Assembly: GCF_044704955.1 (NCBI RefSeq) | Contig: NC_091994.1 | Coordinates: forward strand, 93,000,001 to 93,064,000 | DNA from: Pristiophorus japonicus | Lineage: Eukaryota | DNA: 64,000 bases | Reading direction: 5' to 3' | In this document: piece by piece, positions 38,401 to 50,400 of the stretch | How positions within the stretch are numbered: the first letter of the stretch is position 1 | Layout of the letters: each line of letters opens with the position of its first letter | Translations under genes and position numbers: made by a program | Notes under the pieces: model-generated | Databases searched by the model: none | Told to the model about the DNA's origin: nothing | The model's input: only the letters and a program-made list of their open reading frames with translations

Positions 38401-41400
38401 ACCGTGACCGAGAGCGTGACCGTGATCGAGAGCGTGACCGTGACCGAGAGTGTGACCAGGAGCGTGACCGTGACCGAGAGTGTGACCGTGACCGAGAGCG
38501 TGACCGCGACCGAGAGTGTGATCGAGACCGAGAGTGTGACCGTAACCGAGAGCGTGACCGTGACCGAGAGTGTGACCGTGACCGAGAGCGTGACCGAGAG
38601 TGTGACCAGGAGCGTGACCGTGACCGAGAGTGTGACCGTGACCGAGAGCGAGAGCGTGACCGAGAGAGTGACCGTGACCGAGAGTGTGACCGAGAGTGTG
38701 ACCGTGACCGTGAGCGTGACTGAGAGTGTGACCGTGACCGAGAGCGTGACCGAGAGCGAGAGCGTGACCGAAAGCGTGAGCGAGAAAGTGACAGAGAGCA
38801 TGACCGTGACCGAGAGCGTGACCGTGATCGAGTGCGCGACCGAGAGCGAGAGTGTGACCGTGACCACAAGCGTGACCGTGACCGAGAGCGAGAGCGTAAC
38901 CGTGACCACGAGCGTGACCGTGACCGAGAGCGAGAGTGTGACCATGACTGAGAGTGTGACCGAGAGCGAGAGCTTGACCGAGAGAGTGACCGTGACCGAG
39001 AGTGTGATCGAGAGCGTGACTGAGAGTGTGACCGTGACCGAGAGCGTGACCGAGAGCGAGAGCGTGACCGAGAGCGAGAGCGTGACCGAAGGCCTGACCG
39101 TGACCGAGAGTGTGACCGTGTCCGAGAGTGTGACCAGGAGCGTGACCGTGACCGAGAGTGTGACCAGGAGCGTGACCGTGACCGAGAGTGTGATCGAGAC
39201 CGAGAGTGTGACCGTGACCGAGAGCGTGACCGTGACCGAGAGTGTGACCAGGAGCTTTACCGTGACCGAGAGTGTGACCAGGAGCGTGACCGTGACTGAG
39301 AGTGTGACCGTGACCGTGACCGAGAGCGTGACCGCGACCGAGAGTGTGATCGAGACTGAGAGTGTGACCGTGACCGAGAGCGTGACGGCGACCGAGAGCG
39401 TGACCGTGACCGAGAGCGTGACCAGGAGCGTGACCGTGACCGAGAGTGTGACCGTGACCGAGAGCGTGACCGCGACCGAGAGTGTGATCGAGACCGAGAG
39501 TGTGACCGTGACCGAGAGCGTGACCGTGACCGAGAGCGTGACCGTGACTGAGAGTGTGACCGTGACCGAGAGCGTGACCGAGAGCGTGACCGCGACCGAG
39601 AGTGTGATCGAGACTGAGAGTGTGACCGTGACCGAGAGCGTGACCGTGACCGAGAGCGTGACCGAGAGTGTGACCAGGAGCGTGACCGTGACCGAGAGTG
39701 TGACCGTGACCGAGAGCGTGACCGCGACCGAGAGTGTGATCGAGACCGAGAGTGTGACCGTGACCGAGAGCGTGACCGTGACCGAGAGCGTGACTGTGAC
39801 CGAGTGTGATCGAGACCGAGAGCGTGACCGTGACCGAGAGTGTGACCGTGACCGAGAGTGTGACCGTGACCGAGAGCGTGATCGAGACCAAGAGTGTGAC
39901 CGTGACCGAGAGCGTGACAACGACCGAGAGTGTGACCGAGAGCGTGACCGTGCCCGAGAGTGTGACCACGAGCGTGAGCAAGAGCGAGAGTGACCACGAG
40001 CAGTGACTGTGACCGAGAGCGTGATCGAGACCGAGAGTGTGACCGTGACCGAGAGTGTGACCACGAGCAGTGACTGTGACCGAGAGCATGACCGAGAGTG
40101 TGACCGAGAGCCCGACTGGGAGCGAGACCGGGTGTGTGATCGAGAGCGTGACTGTGAGTGTGACCAAGACCAAGAGCGTGACCGGGAACGTGTCTGGGAT
40201 CGTGACCGAGACTGAGAGCGTGACCGAGAGCCCCGACTGGGAGCGAGACCGGGTGTGTGACCGAGAGCGTGACAGCGACTGAGAGCGTGACAAGAGCGTG
40301 ACCGGAGCGTGACCAAGAGCTTGACCGGGAGCGTGACCAAGACCGAGAGCCTGACCGGGAGCATGAACGAGACCGAGAGCCTGACCGGGAGCGCGACTGC
40401 GACCGAGAGCGCGACCAAGAGCATGACCGCGACCGAGAGCGTGACCGCGACCGAAAGCGTGACAGAGAGCGAGAGCGTGACCGAGACCGAGAGTGTGACC
40501 GAGACCGAGAGCGTGACTGAGACCGAGAGTGTGACTGAGAGCGAGAGTGTGACTGAGAGCGAGAGTGTGACCGTGACCGAGAGTGTGACCGAGAGCGAGA
40601 GCGTGACTGAGACCGAGAGTGTGACTGAGAGCGAGAGTGTGACCGTGACCGTGACAGAGAGCGTGACAGAGAGCGAGAGCGTGACCGAGACCGAGAGTGT
40701 GACCGAGAGCGAGAGCGTGACTGAGACCGAGAGTGTGACTGAGAGCGAGAGTGTGACCGTGACCGAGAGCGAGAGTGTGACCGTGACCGTGACCGAGAGC
40801 GTGACTGAGAGCGAGAGCGTGACCGAGACCGAGAGCGTGACTGTGACCGTGGCCGAGAGTGAGACCGTGACCGAGAGCGTGATCGAGAGCGAGAGTGTGA
40901 CCGTGACCGAGAGCGTGACCGTGACCGAGAGTGTGACCAGGAGCGTGACCGTGACCGAGAGTGTGACCGTGACCGAGAGCGTGACCGCGACCGAGAGTAT
41001 GACAGTGACCGAGAGTGTGACCGTGACCGAGAGTGTGATCGAGACCAAGAGTGTGACCGTGACCGAGAATGTGACCGTGACCGAGAGCGTGACCGTGACC
41101 GAGAGCGTGACCGTGACCGAGAGTGTGATCGAGACCGAGAGTGTGACCGTGACCGAGAGCGTGACCGCGACCGAGAGTGTGATCGAGACCGAGAGTGTGA
41201 CCGTGACCGAGAGCGTGACCGGGACCGAGAGTGTGACCGTGACCGAGAGCGTGACCCTGACCGAGAGTGTGATCGAGAGCGAGAGTGTGACCGTGACCGA
41301 GAGCGTGACCGTGACCGAGAGTGTGATCGAGACCAAGAGTGTGACCGTGACCAAGAGCGTGATCGAGACCGAGAGTGTGACCGTGACTGAGAGTGTGACC

Positions 41401-44400
41401 GTGACCGAGAGCGTGACCGAGAGCGTGATCGAGACCGAGAGCGCGACCGAGAGCGTGACCACGAGCGTGACCACAAGCGTGACCGAGAGCGAGAGTGTGA
41501 CCGTGACCGAGAGCGTGACCGTGACCGAGAGTGTGACCAGGAGCATTACCGTGACCGAGAGTGTGACCGTGACCGAGAGCGTGACCGCGACCGAGAGTGT
41601 GATCGAGACCGAGAGTGTGATCGAGACCGAGAGTGTGACCGTGACTGAGAGCGTGACCGTGACCGAGAGTGTGACCGTGACCGAGAGCGTGATCGAGACC
41701 GAGAGTGTGACCGTGACCGAGAGTGTGACCGTGACCGAGAGCGTGACCGAGAGCGTGACCGTGACCGAGAGCGAGAGCGCGACCGCGAGCGAGACCGAGA
41801 GCGTGACCGAGAGCGCGACCGAGAGCGTGACCGAGAGCGTGACCGAGTGCGCGACCGAGAGCGTGACCACGAGCGTGACCGAGAGCGAGAGCGTGACCGT
41901 GACCGAGAGCGTGACCACGAGCGTGACCGAGAGCGAGAGCGTGACCGTGACCGAGACTGTAAGCGAGAACGAGAGCGTGACCGAGAGCGTGACCGAGAGC
42001 GTGACCGAGAGCGAGACCGAGAGCGCGACCGAGAGCGTGACCGAGAGTGTGATCATGACCGAGAGCGCGACCGAGAGCGTGATCATGACCGAGAGCGTGA
42101 CCGAGAGCGTGACCAGGAGCGTGACCAAGAGCGTGACCAGGAGCGTGACCGAGAGCGAGAGCGCGACCGAGAGCGTGACCAGGAGCGTGACCGAGAGCGT
42201 GACCAGCAGCGTGACCGAGAGCGCGACCGAGAGTGTGACCGAGAGCGCGACCGAGAGCGTGACCGAGAGCGAGAGCACGACCGAGATCGCGACCGAGAGC
42301 GTGACCGAGAGTGTGATCATGACCGAGAGCGTGACCGAGACTGTGAGCGAGAACGAGAGCGTGACCGAGAGCGTGACCGAGAGCCCCGACTGGGAGCGAG
42401 ACCGGGTGTTTGATCGAGAGCGTGACAGCGACTGAGAACGTGACCAAGAGCGTGACCGGAGCGTGACCCAGAGCGTGACCGCAAGCGTGACCGAGACCGA
42501 GAGCCTGACCGGGAGCGCGACTGCGACCGAGAGCGCGACCAAGAGCATGACCGCGACCGAGAGCGTGACCGTGACCGAGAGCGTGACAGAGAGCGAGAGT
42601 GTGACCGAGACCGAGAGTGTGACCGAGAGCGAGAGCGTGACTGAGACCGAGAGTGTGACTGAGAGCGAGAGTGTGACCGTGACCGAGAGTGTGACCGAGA
42701 GCCCCGACCGGGAGCGAGACCGGGTGTTTGATCGAGAGCGTGACAGCGACTGAGAGCGTGACCAAGAGCGTGACCGGAGCGTGACCAAGAGCGTGACCGG
42801 GAGCGTGACCGAGATCGAGAGCCTGACCGGGAGCGCGACTGCGACCGAGAGCGCGACCAAGAGCATGACCGCGACCGAGAGCGTGACCGTGACCGAGAGC
42901 GTGACAGAGAGCGAGAGCGTGACCGAGACCGAGAGTGTGACTGAGAGCGAGAGTGTGACCGTGACCGAGAGTGTGACCGAGAGCGAGAGCGTGACTGAGA
43001 CCGAGAGTGTGACTGAGAGCGAGAGTGTGACTGTGACCGAGAGTGTGACTGAGAGCGAGAGCGTGACAGAGAGCGAGAGTGTGACCGTGACCGAGAGTGT
43101 GACCGAGAGCGAGAGCGTGACTGAGACCGAGAGTGTGACTGAGAGCGAGAGTGTGACCGTGACCGAGAGTGTGACCGAGAGCGAGAGCGTGACTGAGACC
43201 GAGAGTGTGACTGAGAGCGAGAGTGTGACTGTGACCGAGAGTGTGACCGAGAGCGAGAGTGTGACCGTGACCGTGACCGAGAGCGTGACAGAGAGCGAGA
43301 GCGTGACCGAGACCGAGAGTGTGACCGAGAGCGAGAGCGTGACTGAGACCGAGAGTGTGACTGAGAGCGAGAGTGTGACCGTGACCGAGAGCGAGAGTGT
43401 GACCGTGACCGAGAGCGTGACTGAGAGCGAGAGCGTGACCGAGACCGAGAGCGTGACCGTGACCGTGGCCGAGAGTGTGACCGTGACCGAGAGCGTGACC
43501 GTGACCAAGAGCGTGATCGAGAGCGAGAGTGTGACCGTGACCGAGAGCGTGATCGTGACAGAGAGTGTGACCAGGAGCGTGACCGTGACCGAGAGTGTGA
43601 CCGTGACCGAGAATGTGACCGTGACCGAGAGCGTGACCGTGACCGAGAGCGTGACCGTGACCGAGAGTGTGATCGAGACCGAGAGTGTGACCGTGACCGA
43701 GAGCGTGACCGTGACCGAGAGTGTGATCGAGACCGAGAGTGTGACCGTGACCGAGAGCGTGACCGAGAGTGTGACCGTGACCGAGACCGAGAGCGCGACC
43801 GAGAGCGTGACTGAGAGTGTGATCATGACCGAGAGCGCGACCGAGAGCGTGATCATGACCGAGAGCGTGACCGAGAGCGTGACCAGGAGCGTGACCGAGA
43901 GCGTGACCAGGAGCGTGACCGAGAGCGCGACCGAGAGCGTGACCGAGAGCGTGACCAGGAGCGTGACCAGGAGCGTGACCAGGAGCGTGACCAGCAGCGT
44001 GACCGAGAGCGCGACCGAGAGCGTGACCGAGAGCGCGACCGAGAGCGTGACCGAGAGCGAGAGCACGACCGAGAGCGAGAGCACGACCGAGAGCGTGACC
44101 GAGAGCGTGACCGAGAGCGAGAGCACGACCGAGATCGCGACCGAGAGCGCGACCGAGAGCGTGACCGAGAGTGTGATCATGACCGAGAGCGTGACCGTGA
44201 CCAAGACTGTGAGCGAGAACGAGAGCGTGACCGAGAGCGTGACCGAGAGCGCGACCGAGAGCCCCGACTGGGAGCGAGACCGGGTGTTTGATCGAGAGCG
44301 TGACAGCGACTGAGAGCGTGACCAAGAGCGTGACCGGAGCGTGACCAAGAGCGTGACCGGGAGCGTGACCGAGACCGAGAGCCTGACCGGGAGCGCGACT

Positions 44401-47400
44401 GCGACCGAGAGCGCGACCAAGAGCATGACCGCGACCGAGAGCGTGACCGTGACCGAGAGCGTGACAGAGAGCGAGAACGTGACCGAGACCGAGAGTGTGA
44501 CCGAGAGCGAGAGCGTGACTGAGACCGAGAGTGTGACTGAGAGCGAGAGTGTGACCGTGACCGAGAGCGAGAGTGTGACCGTGACCGAGAGCGTGACTGA
44601 GAGCGAGAGCGTGACCGAGACCGAGAGCGTGACCGTGACCGAGAGTGTGACCAGGAGCGTGACCGTGACCGAGAGTGTGACCGAGAGCGTGACCGTGACC
44701 GAGAGCGTGACCGTGACTGAGAGTGTGACCGTGACCGAGAGTGTGACCAGGAGCGTGACCGTGACCGAGAGTGTGACCGTGACCGAGTGCGTGACCGCGA
44801 CCGAGAGTGTGATCGAGACCGAGAGTGTGACCGTGACCGAGAGCGTGACCGTGACCGAGAGCGTGACTGTGACCGAGAGTGTGATCGAGACCGAGAGCGT
44901 GACCGTGACCGAGAGTGTGACCGTGACCGAGAGTGTGATCGAGACCGAGAGCGTGACCGTGACCGAGAGTGTGACCATGACCGAGAGTGTGACCGTGACC
45001 GAGAGCGTGATCGAGACCAAGAGTGTGACCGTGACCGAGAGCGTGACCACGACCGAGAGTGTGACCGAGAGCGTGACCGTGACCGAGAGTGTGACCACGA
45101 GCGTGAGCAAGAGCGAGAGTGTGACCACGAGCAGTGACTGTGACCGAGAGCATGACCGAGAGTGTGACCGAGAGCCCGACTGGGAGCGAGACCGGGTGTG
45201 TGATCGAGAGCGTGACTGTGAGTGTGACCAAGACCATGAGCGTGACCGGGAACGTGTCTGGGATCGTGACCGAGACCGAGAGCGTGACCGAGAGCCCCGA
45301 CTGGGAGCGAGACCGGGTGTGTGACCGAGAGCGTGACAGCGACTGAGAGCGTGACAAGAGCGTGACCGGAGCGTGACCAAGAGCTTGACCGGGAGCGTGA
45401 CCAAGACCGAGAGCCTGACCGGGAGCGTGACCGAGACCGAGAGCCTGACCGGGAGCGCGACTGCGACCGAGAGCGCGACCAAGAGCATGACCGCGACCGA
45501 GAGCGTGACCGCGACCGAAAGCGTGACAGAGAGCGAGAGCGTGACTGAGACCGAGAGTGTGACCGAGAGCGAGAGCGTGACCGTGACCGAGAGTGTGACC
45601 GAGAGCGAGAGTGTGACCGTGACCGAGAGCGCGACCGAGAGCGTGACCGAGAGTGTGATCATGACCGAGAGCGTGACCGTGACCGAGACTGTGAGCGAGA
45701 ACGAGAGCGTGACCGAGAGCGTGACCGAGAGCGCGACCGAGAGCCCCGACTGGGAGCGAGACCGGGTGTTTGATCGAGAGCGTGACAGCGACTGAGAGCG
45801 TGACCAAGAGCGTGACCGGAGCGTGACCAAGAGCGTGACCGGGAGCGTGACCGAGACCGAGAGCCTGACCGGGAGCGCGACTGCGACCGAGAGCGCGACC
45901 AAGAGCATGACCGCGACCGAGAGCGTGACCGTGACCGAGAGCGTGACAGAGAGCGAGAGCGTGACCGAGAGCGTGACAGAGAGCGAGAGCGTGACCGAGA
46001 GCGTGACTGAGACCGAGAGTGTGACTGAGAGCGAGAGTGTGACCGTGACCGAGAGTGTGACCGAGAGCGAGAGTGTGACCGTGACCGTGACCGAGAGCGT
46101 GTCAGAGAGCGAGAGCGTGACCGAGACCGAGAGTGTGACCGAGAGCGAGAGCGTGACTGAGACCGAGAGTGTGACTGAGAGCGAGAGTGTGACCGTGACC
46201 GAGAGTGTGACCGTGACCGTGACCGAGAGCGTGACTGAGAGCGAGAGCGTGACCGAGACCGAGAGCGTGACCGTGACCGTGGCCGAGAGTGAGACCGTGA
46301 CCGAGAGCGTGACCGTGACCAAGAGCGTGATCGAGAGCGAGAGTGTGACCGTGACCGAGAGCGTGACCGTGACCGAGAGTGTGACCAGGAGCGTGACCGT
46401 GACCGAGAGTGTGACCGTGACCGAGAGCGTGACCGCGACCGAGAGTATGACCGTGACCGAGAGTGTGACCGTGACCGAGAGCGTGACCGTGACCGAGAGT
46501 GTGATCGAGACCGAGAGTGTGACCGTGACCGAGAGTGTGATCGAGACCGAGAGTGTGACCGTGACCGAGAGTGTGACCGTGACCGAGAGCGTGACCCTGA
46601 CCGAGAGTGTGATCGAGAGCGAGAGTGTGACCGTGACCGAGAGCGTGACCGTGACCGAGAGTGTGATCGAGACCAAGAGAGTGACCGTGACCGAGAGCGT
46701 GATCGAGACCGAGAGTGTGACCGTGACCGAGAGTGTGACCGTGACCGAGAGTGTGATCGAGACCAAGAGTGTGACCGTGACCGAGAATGTGACCGTGACC
46801 GAGAGCGTGACCGTGACCAAGAGTGTGATCGAGACCGAGAGTGTGACCGTGACCGAGAGCGTGACCGTGACCGAGAGTGTGACCGTGACCGAGAGCGTGA
46901 CCGTGACCGAGAGTGTGACCAGGAGCGTGACCGTGACCGAGAGTGTGACCGTGACCGAGAGCGTGACCGCGACCGAGAGTGTGATCGAGACCGAGAGTGT
47001 GACCGTGACCGAGAGCGTGACCGTGACCGAGAGTGTGACCGTGACCGAGAGCGTGACCCTGACCGAGAGTGTGATCGAGAGCGAGAGTGTGACCGTGACC
47101 GAGAGCGTGACCGAGAGTGTGATCGAGACCAAGAGTGTGACCGTGACCAAGAGCGTGATCGAGACCGAGAGTGTGACCGTGACTGAGAGTGTGACCGTGG
47201 CCGAGAGCGTGACCGTGACCGAGAGCGTGATCGAGACCGAGAGTGTGACTGTGACTGAGAGCGTGACCGAGAGCGTGACCGAGAGCGAGAGCGCGACCGA
47301 GAGCGTGACCACGAGCGTGACCACAAGTGTGACCGAGAGCGAGAGTGTGACCGTGACTGAGAGTGTGACCGTGACCGAGAGCGTGATCGAGACCGAGAGT

Positions 47401-50400
47401 GTGACTGTGACTGAGAGCGTGACCGAGAGCGTGACCGAGAGCGAGAGCGCGACCGAGAGCGTGACCACGAGCGTGACCACAAGCGTGACCGAGAGCGAGA
47501 GTGTGACCGTGACCGAGAGCGTGACCGTGACCGAGAGTGTGACCAGGAGCGAGAGCGTGATCGAGACCGAGAGTGTGACCGTGACCGAGAGTGTGACCGT
47601 GACCGAGAGCGTGACCGAGAGCGTGACCGTGACCGAGAGCGAGAGCGCGACCACGAGCGAGACCGAGAGCGTGACCGAGAACGCGACCGAGAGCGTGACC
47701 GAGTGCGCGACCGAGAGCGTGACCACGAGCGTGCCCGAGAGCGAGAGCGTGACCGTGACCGGGAGCGTGACCACGAGCGTGACCGAGAGTGAGAGCGTGA
47801 CCGTGACCGAGACTGTAAGCGAGAACGAGAGCGTGACCGAGAGCGAGACCGAGAGCGCGACCGAGAGCGTGACCGAGAGTGTGATCATGACCGAGAGCGC
47901 GACCGAGAGCGTGATCATGACCGAGAGCGTGACCGAGAGCGTGACCAGGAGCGTGACCGAGAGCGAGGGCGCGACCGAGAGCGTGACCGAGAGCGTGACC
48001 AGGAGCGTGACCGAGAGCGCGACCGAGAGCGTGACCGAGAGCGCGACCGAGAGCGTGACCGAGAGCGAGAGCACGACCGAGAGCGCGACCGAGAGCGCGA
48101 CCGAGAGTGTTACCGAGAGTGTGATCATGACCGAGAGCGTGACCGTGACCGAGACTGTGAGCGAGAACGAGAGCGTGACCGAGAGCGTGACCGAGAGCGC
48201 GACCGAGAGCGCGACCGAGAGTGTGATCATGACCGAGAGCGCGACCGAGAGCGTGACCGGGAGCATGACTGAGAGAGTGACCGGGAGCGTGACCGAGAGC
48301 GTGACCGAGACCGGGAGCGTGACTGTGAATGTGTACCTACCATGCTAACGATGGCGTCCCTGGCATGGGGGTCATCTGTTTTCTTGAGGATAGATTTGAG
48401 GAGCAGCGGGTACTTGGTGAGACGCTGATGGGGTTTAACCAACATGTCACTGAGCTTCAGGCGGTTACACTGCTTATGAGTCTCTGCCCACTGCAAATGG
48501 ACACAAACAGCAATTACACAGGGAGTGCACACTGCCAAACGCACTCTCCCTCTCGGTTTTTCTCTCTCTCTTTGGCTGTGCGTGTCTCTCTGTCTTTTCG
48601 CTCTCTCTGGATCTGTCTGTCTCTCTCTCTCTCTGTGTCTCTCTCTTTTTTTATTTACGGGATGTGGGTGTCGCTGGCAAGGCCAGCATTTATTGCCCAT
48701 CCCTAATTGCCCTTGAGAAGGTGGTGGTGAGCTGTTGCCTTGAATCGCTGCAGTCCTTGTGGTGCAGGTATTGGGGCTGACCCACAGTGCTATTAGGGAG
48801 GGAGTTCCAGGATTTTGAGCCAGCGACGATGAAGGAACGACAATATATCTCCAAGTCAGGATGGTGTGTGACTTGGAGGGGAACATGCAGGTGATGGTGT
48901 TCCCATGCCCGTGCTGCCCTTGTCCTTCTAGGTGGTAGAGGTCGCGGGTTTGGGAGGTGCCATCAAAAAAGCCTTGGTGAGTAGCTACAATCCTTCATGT
49001 AGATGGTACACACAGCAGCCACGGTGCGCCGGTGGTGGAGGGAGTGAATGTATAAGGTGGTGGATGGGGTGCCAATCAAGCTGCTTTGTACTGGATGATG
49101 TTGAGCTTCTTGAGTGTTGTTGGAGCTACACTCATCCAGGCAAGTGGAGAGTATTCCATCACACTCCTGACTTGTGCCTTGTAGATGGTGGAAAGGCTTT
49201 GGGGAGTCAGGAGGTGAGACACTCGCCACAGAATACCCAGCCTCTGACCTGCTCTTGTAGCCACAGTATTTATGTGGCTGGTCCAGTTAAGTTTCTGTTT
49301 AATGGTGACCCCCCCAGTATGTTGATGGTGGGGGGTTCGCCGATGGTAATGCCGTTGAACGTCAAGTGGTGGTGGTTGGACTCTCGCTTGATGGAGATGG
49401 TCATTGCCTGGCACTTGTGTGGTGCGAATGTTACTTGCCACTTATCAACCCAAGCCTTAATGTTGTCCAGGTCTTGCTGCATTCAGGCATTGATGAAGCA
49501 ACTGTAGATGGTTGGGCCTAGGACACTGCCCTGAGGAACTCCTGCAGCAATGTCCTGGGGCTGAGATGATTGACCTCCAACAACCACAACCATCTTCCTT
49601 TGTGCTGGGTATGACTCCAGCCAGTGGAGAGTTTAACCCCTGATTCCCATTGACTTCAGCTTTACTGGATCTTCTTGATGCCTCACTCGGTCAAATGCTG
49701 CCTTGATATCAAGGGCAGTCACTCTCACCTCATCTCTGGAACTCAGCTCTTTTGTCCATGTTTGGACCAAGACTGTAATGAGGTCTGAAGCCGAGTGGTC
49801 CTGGCGGAACACAAACTGGGCATCAGTGAGCAGGTTATTGGTGAGTGCCGCTTGATAGCACTGTCAACGACACCTTCCATCAATTTGCTGATGATTGAGA
49901 GTAGACTGACGGGGCGGTAATTGGCCGGATTGGATTTGTCCTGCTTTTTGTGGACAGGACATACCTGGGCAGTTTCCCACATTGTCGGGTAGATGCCAGT
50001 GTTGTAGCTGTACTGGAACAGCTTGGCTAGAGGTGCGGCTAGTTCTGGAGCACAAGTCTTCAGCACAACAGCCGGGATGTTGTTGGGGCCCATAGCCTTT
50101 ACTGTATCCAGTGCACTCAGTCGTTTCTTGATATCACACAGAGTGAATTGAATTGGCTGAAGACTGACTTCTGTGATGGTGGGGGCCTCGGGAGGAGACC
50201 GATATGGATCATCCACTCGGCATTTCTGGCTGAAGATGTTTGCAAACACTTCAGCCTTGTCTTTCGCATTCGCGTGCTGGGCTCCGCCATCTTTGAGGAT
50301 GGGGATATTCATGGAGGCTCCTCCTCCCGTTAGTTTAATGGTCCACCACCGTTCACGACTGGATGTGGCAGGACTGCAGAGCATTGATCTGATCTGTTGA

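Noticed and set aside
30871-48266. 4978-aa and 4327-aa ORFs and other giant ORFs as novel His-rich, mucin-like or SR protein genes
   Set aside because: The hexamers lack TTA/CTA/TCA on the plus strand, so all minus frames are open by composition. Each ORF switches between GH, SR and VT registers at indels, has no domains or proper start context, and lies in an intron.
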